NCBI GenBank assembly: GCA_022703765.1
Contig: JAKJHQ010000001.1
Span: 1-17,853 of the forward strand
DNA: 17,853 nucleotides
Direction of reading: 5' to 3'
From: Candidatus Wallbacteria bacterium
GTDB lineage: Bacteria > Muiribacteriota > UBA9980
Below, piece by piece: positions 7,873 to 15,246 of the stretch. The notes beneath the pieces were generated by a model. The model searched no databases. It had not been told where the DNA came from and saw nothing but the letters and a program-made list of their open reading frames with translations. Position 1 is the first letter of the stretch; every line of letters starts with the position of its first letter. Both the position numbers and the translations under genes were made by a program.

Positions 7873-7878
7873 TATAAA

Positions 7879-7898
7879 TGTTATAATAACTTATAACA
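7879..7898. promoter_or_regulatory. Perfect 8-4-8 palindrome (tgttataa taac ttataaca) just upstream of the -35 of the TerY-P operon promoter. It is a candidate operator or regulator binding site.
   Basis: The inverted repeat is read directly from the sequence. It lies in the divergent intergenic region between the vWA gene and the DUF4236 gene. Confidence 0.35.
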
Positions 7899-8035
7899 TT
7901 AATTTACTCATTATTCAAAAATACAGTTCAAAAATTCATTATAAATTTATATTTAAAAAATAGATTGAATATGTTACAATTATTGTAAATTCGCAAAACA
8001 TAAGGCGATTATTTAGGTTCGAATTCGGGATTGAT

Positions 8036-9142
8036 ATGGGGTTTTATTTCAGAAAATCTAAAAAAATAGGGCCGTTCAGGATCAACTTTTCAAACAAGGG
8101 GATCGGCTTCTCTTCAGGCGTAAAAGGCGCACGCATTTCCACCAATTCAAAAGGAACTTATATAAATATGGGAAGCAACGGCCTCTATTACAGAGAAAAG
8201 ATCGGGCCGGGAATACCGCAGTTGAGTTTTTCTAACTTATTCGGATTGAATAAAAATAGCGGCAAGGGCCGAGCGCCGAACATCCCGAACGCCATTAAAG
8301 CGCCCGCCATAGACGATGGCGTCGATATTAACAATCTGCTTGCCGGGTCAAACGCTCAACTCGTAACGAAAATTAACGATAAAATAAAAACGGCCGGGAT
8401 CATGCCTCTGGTCGTTGCGTTCATAGTTATTTCAGGTTTTTTCGTCATCGTTTCCTATCCGTCTAAAATTTTGATAGTTATGGTCATCGCGATCATATCC
8501 TTCGTTGCGGCCAACATTTACGACAACTCACGGAGAACTTCCGAATTATTTTACGATCTGGACGATCCCGCGCGCGACGATTTCGACAAACTAAACCAGG
8601 CGTTATGCTCGTTATCCACGGCGCGCTTGTTGTGGCAGGTCAATGTGGCCCGCTCCGCAACGCCGTCGGCCGACAATAAGTACGGCCTCAAAGTTACGGG
8701 CCGCCGTGGGATCACTCTGTCAGACGCGCCTCCGCTTTTCATCGAGACCAATCTCGAGGTGTTTTCGATAGATATAGGCGAAGCCTCGCTTTATTTTTTA
8801 CCCGACAGGGTTCTGGTCTGCAAAAATTCGACCTATGCTTCGATCGGCTACGGCGATTTAAAAATAAAGTATACGGCGCTGTCCTTCGCCGAATATGAAA
8901 CCGTCCCGGACGACGCCGGCGTCATATCGCAAACCTACCTGCATGCGAACAGCGACGGCTCTCCCGATAAAAGATATTCGAACAACCCGCAGATACCTGT
9001 CGTTTCTTACGGGCTGCTCAAGTTATATTCAACCGGGGGATTGGAAATAAATCTGATGGTCTCGAATAATATTATCGCCGAAAAATTTTTTAACGATCTT
9101 TCTTCATGCATGAAAAGCATCAGTTCGAGGCTTTTGCCGTAA
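8036..9142 (+). CDS. DUF4236-family protein. It has the conserved N-terminal MGFxFRKSxKIGPFRINxS module, two central transmembrane helices and a C-terminal domain of unknown function.
   Basis: The N-terminus MGFYFRKSKKIGPFRINFSNKGIGFSSGVKGARIS matches the DUF4236 signature. A hydrophobic stretch, IMPLVVAFIVISGFFVIVSYPSKILIVMVIAIISFVAANIY, is consistent with two transmembrane segments. Confidence 0.7.
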   Translation: MGFYFRKSKKIGPFRINFSNKGIGFSSGVKGARISTNSKGTYINMGSNGLYYREKIGPGIPQLSFSNLFGLNKNSGKGRAPNIPNAIKAPAIDDGVDINNLLAGSNAQLVTKINDKIKTAGIMPLVVAFIVISGFFVIVSYPSKILIVMVIAIISFVAANIYDNSRRTSELFYDLDDPARDDFDKLNQALCSLSTARLLWQVNVARSATPSADNKYGLKVTGRRGITLSDAPPLFIETNLEVFSIDIGEASLYFLPDRVLVCKNSTYASIGYGDLKIKYTALSFAEYETVPDDAGVISQTYLHANSDGSPDKRYSNNPQIPVVSYGLLKLYSTGGLEINLMVSNNIIAEKFFNDLSSCMKSISSRLLP

Positions 9143-9155
9143 ATGCGGCGCGGCC

Positions 9156-10307
9156 CTACTGAACATTTGGGGCGAGCTTCGCCAATTCCGCCTTGCATTC
9201 ATCGAATTCGGGGCAAAGTTCCAGGGCGCGGTTATAGTAAAACGCGGCCTTTTCGCGGTCGCCTCTCTGACGGTATGTGTTAGCGAGCCTAAAGCAATAC
9301 TCGTCGTTATCGGGAAAAAGCCTTAAAGCTTCCTCGTAATATTTAACGGCTGAGGCGTAGTCATCAATTTGATAACAGCAGTTTGCCAGTTCAAAGTAAT
9401 AAAAATTATTATTCGGATCTATATCAACAGCTTTTTTCAAATATTTGACCGCTTCGGAATAGCCGTTCCGGGCTATCTTGATCCTGGCCGTCTGATAGTA
9501 ATATTCGGATTTTGAGTCATCGATCGATAACGCGGTATCAATATTTTTAAGAGACCTATCATAGTCAATTAATTCAAGATACGCGCAGGATAATTTGTAA
9601 TAGTAGCCGGCGGCGTAAGCAGTAGCTTGCGCGGTTAATTTTTCATAGTCGGCGGCGGCGGCCTTAAAATTCGCGATGTTAAAATTAGAGTTGGCGCGGT
9701 ACAGATAAGCCATAGAATAGTCAGGGTTCAGCTCGAGCACATGGCTGAAATCGTCGATCGCTTTTTCAAAAAAACCCAGATTATAGTAAGCCAGGCCGCG
9801 GGCATTGTATAGTTCGAAGTAAAACTGGTCGTATTCTAGAGCCTTATCGAAGCAGACAAGTGCCTGCTCATATTTAAACTCACTGACGAGTTCCAGGGCG
9901 CGGTTGTAATGAGTAAAAAAATCCCTTTCAGGGCGTTGCGGCCCGCTGAATACTATCCGTTCCGTCACGGGCTCCTGAGAATCTTCCAGAGAGTCTTCCG
10001 GCAATATCCCGAATGCGAACGCCCAGGAGTCGACTGCCCAGAATGCGCATTCTTTGGTAGTACCGTAATTGTCGATGATCTTTTTTGCAATGGACTGGCG
10101 GTCAAGCTGATAAGGAACCCTTTTTGCGTTTATCGCCGCGACGGATTCTTTTTGCGCGCATAGAAGCAGAAATATCTCGAGTTTGCGCGAACCGAAAAGA
10201 TCCTTAAAAAGACTTTCCAGGCGCTTCGGATCGTTTACGACATTAAAGCCGTAAATGTCAATAATTTCCTTTAATTTTTTTCGCACGTTATTGCCGTTTT
10301 TATCCAT
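9156..10307 (-). CDS. TPR-repeat protein. Its N-terminal ~100-aa domain is paralogous to the N-terminus of the FGE-like protein.
   Basis: 383 aa. There are multiple TPR-like repeats (for example AYYNLGFFEKAIDDFSHVLELNPDYSMAYLYRANS and ALRLFPDNDEYCFRLANTYRQRGDREKAAFYYNRALEL). The N-terminus, KLKEIIDIYGFNVVNDPKRLESLFKDLFGSRKLEIFLLLCAQKESVAA, aligns with the FGE-like protein segment KLFEILENHGNLIYLDEKRLEGLLKDLCGAYKREINLVMAAVRSGVAK. Confidence 0.85.
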   Translation of the reverse strand: MDKNGNNVRKKLKEIIDIYGFNVVNDPKRLESLFKDLFGSRKLEIFLLLCAQKESVAAINAKRVPYQLDRQSIAKKIIDNYGTTKECAFWAVDSWAFAFGILPEDSLEDSQEPVTERIVFSGPQRPERDFFTHYNRALELVSEFKYEQALVCFDKALEYDQFYFELYNARGLAYYNLGFFEKAIDDFSHVLELNPDYSMAYLYRANSNFNIANFKAAAADYEKLTAQATAYAAGYYYKLSCAYLELIDYDRSLKNIDTALSIDDSKSEYYYQTARIKIARNGYSEAVKYLKKAVDIDPNNNFYYFELANCCYQIDDYASAVKYYEEALRLFPDNDEYCFRLANTYRQRGDREKAAFYYNRALELCPEFDECKAELAKLAPNVQ

Positions 10308-10391
10308 AACTATTGCTTTACAATCCTTCGATAATTTTATACCATAAAATTAATATATTTTCAATATTATCTTTTGACGTATTACATATTT

Positions 10392-10442
10392 TTGACATTT
10401 TTGATATAAACGATTGACATCAAAATAGGTTAGTATTATAAT
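10392..10442 (+). promoter_or_regulatory. Consensus sigma70 promoter for the zorA-like gene. The -35 TTGACA is at 10414-10419, followed by a 17-nt spacer and the -10 TATAAT at 10437-10442. A second TTGACA lies upstream at 10392-10397.
   Basis: Read directly from the sequence. An AGAGG RBS at 10462-10466 sits 6 nt before the ATG at 10473. Confidence 0.5.
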
Positions 10443-10472
10443 ACCGAATATTTATTCATAAAGAGGTAATTT

Positions 10473-12560
10473 ATGCAGGAATATTCGAATTTAATAAATC
10501 TTACGATGTGCTGCTTAATAGGCATTGCATTTTTGATTTTCAGGATATCTCTGATCATCCCCATCAAGAATTTGAGGAAAAAACTTACATTTATCAATAA
10601 CAGGCTGACCTTATTCAAGTTCAATGACGAAACCGAGCTGGCCGTATTTTTAAAAGAAAATTTTAAAAATTTCGCCACACTTGCGGAAATTTATACGGAC
10701 TTCATAGAAGAAAGGTCTTTGAATATAATTGAATATTCTGGCAAAACATACAGCCACATCAAACATTCCGATTTTTTCAGCGCCGAAAATATTTCAGAAA
10801 AATTGCTCAATTTAAGGATGATAAATTCCATACCCGGCATAATGACAGGCCTTGGCATACTTGGCACCTTCATCGGCCTTATAATAGGCATTTCTTCAAT
10901 CCATATAACGAAGGGCGAGATATTACTAAACGACATTCAATCCCTTCTGTCGGGCATGAACATAGCCTTCTTAACTTCGATCGTTGGAATAATACTCGGA
11001 CTGTACTGGATCCTTAATGAAAAGCGCCATTATAAGAACCTTTTGATCGAGATTGAAAAATTTAATATCAACATAGAAAAGTACTATCCGACGATAGATC
11101 TCGAGCACATCATCATAAAAAGCATGATCTCGAACATTAAGAACAACGAGATCCTGCCCCAGAAATTTGAAAGCGTAAATAAGACGCTTGAGCTGACGGC
11201 CGACAGGATAATCGAATCTCAAAACAAAAGTTTCTCTTTGATATCATCGAGCATAAACTCAGGTCTTAAAGACGAATTCCTGCCTGAAATAAAGAAAGCG
11301 ATCGATCAATCGTTCGAATACACCAATAAGGCGATGAGCTTTCTGACGGAGTTCACCGCGACGCTTGACACACTGAAAGACGATCTTTTGAGGGTTAGCG
11401 CGGAGCACAAAGAGAACGCAATAACCGTCAAAACCGAGATCAAAGCCATAATGAACTCCATAAAGGAAAGTTTCGAGATAACTTCTAAATTCAGGGATTT
11501 CGCCAAGACGCTCAACGCAACGTTTGAAAAGGCGACGGGCAACATGAATCAAACTGTAAATAAAATGAATGAATTTTCAAATAAAATAGTCGAGTCGGCC
11601 GATAAATTCGAGGCCGGGTTAAATCAGTTCTCTGAAAAATTTCTGAACGGGAAACAGCAGGTCGAGATAAATATCAAAAAACTAGCGTCAGAAATATCGA
11701 TTTTGACTAATAGCTTCAATGATACTTTTGAAAAGATCAAGGTCGAAGCGGTTGATTTCAGCGGCGAACTCGATCGTATCGTTCATAAGGCCATTTTCAT
11801 ATTCAACAAACAACTCAGCTGCTATGAAGGCCTGCCAAATAAAATAGCGGACGTCGTGGCCAACAAGATCAACAGGGCGTTCGACAGCAACAAACTCGCA
11901 GATTCGGTAAAGGCGATAAGCGACGAGCTGGTGATCAAGTTTATCGGTATAAAGGATATGCTGAAGAACGCGACCGACAGCCTCGGCGGCAGCATCGCCA
12001 ATCTGGGCGACACCTTTGAAGTATATTCGCAGCAGATGAAAAGCCTGCCGGAAGATATCAGCATTGAAATATCCAAAAAAATCCAGACCGCGTTCGACAG
12101 TTCTGATAACTTCAAGATGTTCGGCGAGTTCAAAAACTCTCTTAATGAATTTAACAATAATTTCTCGGCGCAGGTCAAGGAAGCCGCCAGGGCCATCGGC
12201 GGCTCAGTAATGTCGAGCGTCAAGGACATTGAGTCGTTCCTCATGAAGACCAATAAGATTTTTGGCGATTTCCAGCGTTCCATAAATGGCATCGAAGACA
12301 AAATGCGCGAGACAGGCGAATTCTTAGAGAAATCAGCCGGCCTGCTGGGAACGAACCTGAGCCAAAGTTTCAACCAGACATTCTCCGTTTTTGACGAGCA
12401 GTTGTCAAAAATTTCAATGCGCCTGAGTGGCACTATAACGGAGATCGATTCAGCGGTTAAGGATATTCCAGCAGTGATAAACGAATTTCAGAACGCGCTC
12501 GACTCGCAGATCGGTTTAATCCAAAAGGAAGCGGTAAAAAATAATAATTTAAAACAATAA
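10473..12560 (+). CDS. zorA: ZorA-like protein, with a MotA/TolQ/ExbB-type proton-channel transmembrane core and a ~500-aa cytoplasmic coiled-coil tail.
   Basis: 695 aa. The transmembrane segments are LINLTMCCLIGIAFLIF, SIPGIMTGLGILGTFIGLIIGISSI and GMNIAFLTSIVGIILGLYWIL, a MotA/ExbB-like signature. A long heptad-rich alpha-helical tail follows. The gene sits immediately upstream of a MotB/OmpA partner, as in Zorya. Confidence 0.75.
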   Translation: MQEYSNLINLTMCCLIGIAFLIFRISLIIPIKNLRKKLTFINNRLTLFKFNDETELAVFLKENFKNFATLAEIYTDFIEERSLNIIEYSGKTYSHIKHSDFFSAENISEKLLNLRMINSIPGIMTGLGILGTFIGLIIGISSIHITKGEILLNDIQSLLSGMNIAFLTSIVGIILGLYWILNEKRHYKNLLIEIEKFNINIEKYYPTIDLEHIIIKSMISNIKNNEILPQKFESVNKTLELTADRIIESQNKSFSLISSSINSGLKDEFLPEIKKAIDQSFEYTNKAMSFLTEFTATLDTLKDDLLRVSAEHKENAITVKTEIKAIMNSIKESFEITSKFRDFAKTLNATFEKATGNMNQTVNKMNEFSNKIVESADKFEAGLNQFSEKFLNGKQQVEINIKKLASEISILTNSFNDTFEKIKVEAVDFSGELDRIVHKAIFIFNKQLSCYEGLPNKIADVVANKINRAFDSNKLADSVKAISDELVIKFIGIKDMLKNATDSLGGSIANLGDTFEVYSQQMKSLPEDISIEISKKIQTAFDSSDNFKMFGEFKNSLNEFNNNFSAQVKEAARAIGGSVMSSVKDIESFLMKTNKIFGDFQRSINGIEDKMRETGEFLEKSAGLLGTNLSQSFNQTFSVFDEQLSKISMRLSGTITEIDSAVKDIPAVINEFQNALDSQIGLIQKEAVKNNNLKQ

Positions 12561-12638
12561 TTTAAAGAAACAACAACAGAAGCAAAAGTAAAAACTATAT
12601 TAACAATAATAGTTAATAATACAAATATAGGTATCAAC

Positions 12639-13460
12639 TTGTTCAACAAGCAATTAAAACAACACGATTTAAGCGATAAAAACGACTTTCTCATCTCGAT
12701 CTCAGACCTGATGACCGGGATAATGATGATCTTCGTGCTCACCCTTATCGCGGTCTTATACAGCAAAACGACCGATGTGGTTCAATACGTAAGAGAAATC
12801 GAGGCCAAGAAGGAAACATTAGCTAAAATACAATCCGAACTCGACCATAAAACCGAACAATTAAAGCTTAAAGAAAACGCGCTCGACTCAAAGGAGATCG
12901 AACTAAAATATTACAAAGACCAGATCGAAAAAATTATAGGCATCAAGAGCTCTATAATCAATCTGATCAAGGAAAAATTCGAACGGTCGTCGTCTAATCT
13001 GAAACTGGCAGTCGATCCGTTCACAGGGGCGATCCGGATAAGCGGCGATATTTTATTCGATACCGACTCCGACGCCATTAAAGAAGAATTCAAGCCTCTG
13101 CTAAAACTGCTGCTGGAAACTTACGTCAACATCCTATTCGACACTCAGGAGTTCATAGACCATCTCGCAGAAATAGTCATAGAAGGCCATGCGGACAACC
13201 GCGGCGACTACATTTATAATCTTGATCTTTCGCAGCGCCGCGCGCAGTCTATCATGAAATATTTCATTCAGGTGGTCGATCCGGCCAAAAAAGAGCTTTT
13301 CCAGAAATTCGTGACGGCGAACGGCAAATCGTTCAGCGTTCCGATCAAAGACCCGACCGGGAACGTCGATCTTGACAAATCACGCCGCATCGAGGTCAAA
13401 TTCAGGTTAAAGGACGACGAGGCGTTGAAAGAACTTTCGAAATTACTGGATCAAAAATAA
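12639..13460 (+). CDS. zorB: ZorB-like protein, with a MotB-type plug and transmembrane helix plus a C-terminal OmpA-like peptidoglycan-binding domain. The start codon is TTG.
   Basis: 273 aa. The DFLISISDLMTGIMMIFVL segment (MotB plug and transmembrane helix; compare the ZorB/MotB WISYADLMT motif) is present. The OmpA-like motifs GHADNRGDYIYNLDLSQRRAQSI are also present. Confidence 0.8.
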   Translation: MFNKQLKQHDLSDKNDFLISISDLMTGIMMIFVLTLIAVLYSKTTDVVQYVREIEAKKETLAKIQSELDHKTEQLKLKENALDSKEIELKYYKDQIEKIIGIKSSIINLIKEKFERSSSNLKLAVDPFTGAIRISGDILFDTDSDAIKEEFKPLLKLLLETYVNILFDTQEFIDHLAEIVIEGHADNRGDYIYNLDLSQRRAQSIMKYFIQVVDPAKKELFQKFVTANGKSFSVPIKDPTGNVDLDKSRRIEVKFRLKDDEALKELSKLLDQK

Positions 13461-13477
13461 GCGGGCAGTGACAAACT

Positions 13478-14689
13478 ATGGCATCCGACTCGAATCGCGA
13501 CAAGGGAATATTTATAAATTTAAGCAGCTGCACGCCGACCAGACTTATCGAAGCGGCCGAGACGATCGCGCGTACGCATAAGCGGCACTCTAAAAATGAC
13601 GAGACGCTTTCGGCCGCGTCGGGGCCCGACAACTTTGACGAATTGCTCAAGAAGATAAAGCGCGGGGGCCGCAACGAACTCGTTAAAATAGCGTTCGCGC
13701 TCACCAGGCGGGAGGCTTTATTTTTATTGACCGCTTTAAAGAACGAAGATGATTCATTCTGCGATAAAGTCCTCGCCATAGTAGGACTTCGCAGACAGAT
13801 ATTCAAATTCTCGCTTTTCTGGAACGCGCTGGTGTTATCGCCCGAAAATAAAAATCTTTATTCATTGACGATCGCAACCACGTCGGCCGGAGGCGATCAA
13901 AAAAGGCCGGGCACGGAGGGCATAAATATGGTCGAAGCAGAGAGATTTTTCATCAAAAGTCAGCCGGCCTCTTTCATCGACGGCCTATTCATTTTATACC
14001 AGAATAAAAAATACATATTGAGTAACTTTTGCGCCTATTATTCGATACACAAAGACGGCTTTTTACACGGGCTGATGATAAAGAAGATTATGACGGGGTA
14101 CGAGCCTGAATTCGGAAGGCTTGAGGGCGACATCCAAATTTTTTCATATTTAACGAAGCACCTGTCAAAAGAAGAGGCGATTCAATTCGCCGGAAAATAT
14201 TTCAGCCAGACACCCGACGATGCCTGGAACGAGTTGATATTGAATTATTTTTTCCACCTGCTCGGAACGCCTTCCAACATGGACAACTGGAATTTCGTCA
14301 CGGGACCGGTTCTGAAAAAACTGCAGAACAGATACAGCATCGCCGAGATAAGAAAATTTTTCGACAAGCTCGACAAAGACAACGTCCGGTTCAACTTCTG
14401 GCAAAAGAACTACGGCCAGCGCTTCACGAACGCCTATAAATTCAGCCAGATAAACGCCATTCTAATGTATATCGAAAACATCGCGATCCTCGAATTCGCC
14501 AACATCGGCAACGCCTGTTACGTTTATAAAGCCGAATTCGCCGACCTGCTGATCAGAAAATTTTACAACTCATCATACGAGTCAAAACTGAAATATCCAG
14601 AACAAGCTCTGTTCAGGGTCATACACAAGCAGGACTGGCAGTACGAAGCGCTCGCGAGGATAAATAGCGCTATAGGTAATAAAATCTAA
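13478..14689 (+). CDS. Hypothetical 403-aa protein co-directional with zorAB. It may be a ZorC-like (EH-signature) protein or a novel Zorya partner. I found no nuclease or NTPase motifs.
   Basis: An ORF lies 17 bp after zorB on the same strand. The sequence is alpha-helical and aromatic-rich with no HNH, Walker or PD-(D/E)xK motifs. The ZorC-like assignment rests only on position and length. Confidence 0.55.
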   Translation: MASDSNRDKGIFINLSSCTPTRLIEAAETIARTHKRHSKNDETLSAASGPDNFDELLKKIKRGGRNELVKIAFALTRREALFLLTALKNEDDSFCDKVLAIVGLRRQIFKFSLFWNALVLSPENKNLYSLTIATTSAGGDQKRPGTEGINMVEAERFFIKSQPASFIDGLFILYQNKKYILSNFCAYYSIHKDGFLHGLMIKKIMTGYEPEFGRLEGDIQIFSYLTKHLSKEEAIQFAGKYFSQTPDDAWNELILNYFFHLLGTPSNMDNWNFVTGPVLKKLQNRYSIAEIRKFFDKLDKDNVRFNFWQKNYGQRFTNAYKFSQINAILMYIENIAILEFANIGNACYVYKAEFADLLIRKFYNSSYESKLKYPEQALFRVIHKQDWQYEALARINSAIGNKI

Positions 14690-14708
14690 TCATTTAAAAT
14701 CAGGACTT

Positions 14709-15239
14709 TTATATATCATCTTCTTCGTCTTCTTGTTCAAATCTTCGTTCGCCTTCATACCGATCATAATATCCGTTATTTTCTTCAAATTCCTCCTCTT
14801 CAGTTATTTCTTTGAGCCTCCTTGTATATTCTAAGTAATCTCTTTCTTCATCAGCACTTATTTCATATTCAATCTCCTCTTCTTTTCTGAGACATATTTC
14901 TTCGTCATCATCCATAAGATCATCTAGATCGATTTCATAATCTCCTGATTCATGTATAATTTGTTCTTCGACATCACGATCTATTTCCTCTTCAGTTAAA
15001 TTTTCTATTTCTTCTTCATCAATTTCCTTTTCTTTTAAGTATTCTTTTTCTTCCTTTTCTTTTTCTCTTTCTTCTTTATTTCTAATTTCTCCTTCGGTTT
15101 CTTCAATATCACAACCACATATAGGACATTCACCGTCATCAGTTATATAACCATAATAACCACATTCCGGACAAGTAACTTCATCATCAAACAATATTAT
15201 ACTCCTATTTTCAAAACGTTGAAAAACATGATTATTCAA
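14709..15239 (-). CDS. Hyper-acidic zinc-ribbon protein (N-terminal CPEC...CPICGC followed by a ~130-aa Glu/Asp-rich tail). It is a candidate DNA mimic or regulator.
   Basis: 176 aa. About 45% of residues are D or E after the zinc ribbon. The gene is very AT-rich, with GAA/GAG codon runs. It starts 7 nt after the SF1 helicase stop. Confidence 0.65.
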   Translation of the reverse strand: MNNHVFQRFENRSIILFDDEVTCPECGYYGYITDDGECPICGCDIEETEGEIRNKEEREKEKEEKEYLKEKEIDEEEIENLTEEEIDRDVEEQIIHESGDYEIDLDDLMDDDEEICLRKEEEIEYEISADEERDYLEYTRRLKEITEEEEFEENNGYYDRYEGERRFEQEDEEDDI

Positions 15240-15246
15240 TCAGCAG

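Noticed and set aside
9171-9183. Small GC palindrome ggcgagcttcgcc as a terminator for the DUF4236 gene
   Set aside because: It lies inside the TPR gene coding region, has only a 5-bp stem and has no T-tract.
10436-10678. 80-aa minus-strand ORF overlapping the zorA promoter and start
   Set aside because: It overlaps the strong promoter, RBS and N-terminus of the ZorA-like gene. Its sequence is AT-rich and low-complexity.
10691-12433. Minus-strand ORFs (10691-10936, 10971-11222, 11259-11552, 11822-12433) inside the zorA-like gene
   Set aside because: They are antisense to the 695-aa ZorA-like ORF, which has MotA-like transmembrane motifs. They are shadow ORFs.
13402-13806. 134-aa minus-strand ORF spanning the zorB and 403-aa gene junction
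   Set aside because: It is antisense to two co-directional genes and has a serine-rich, low-complexity translation.
13478-14689. Assignment of the 403-aa protein as ZorE (HNH nuclease of type II Zorya)
   Set aside because: No HNH or His-Me finger motif (C-x2-C ... H-N ... H) is present in the sequence.
14689-14709. Possible bidirectional intrinsic terminator between the convergent 403-aa gene and the acidic-protein gene
   Set aside because: Only about 19 nt separate the two stops. No GC-rich stem followed by a T-run is present.
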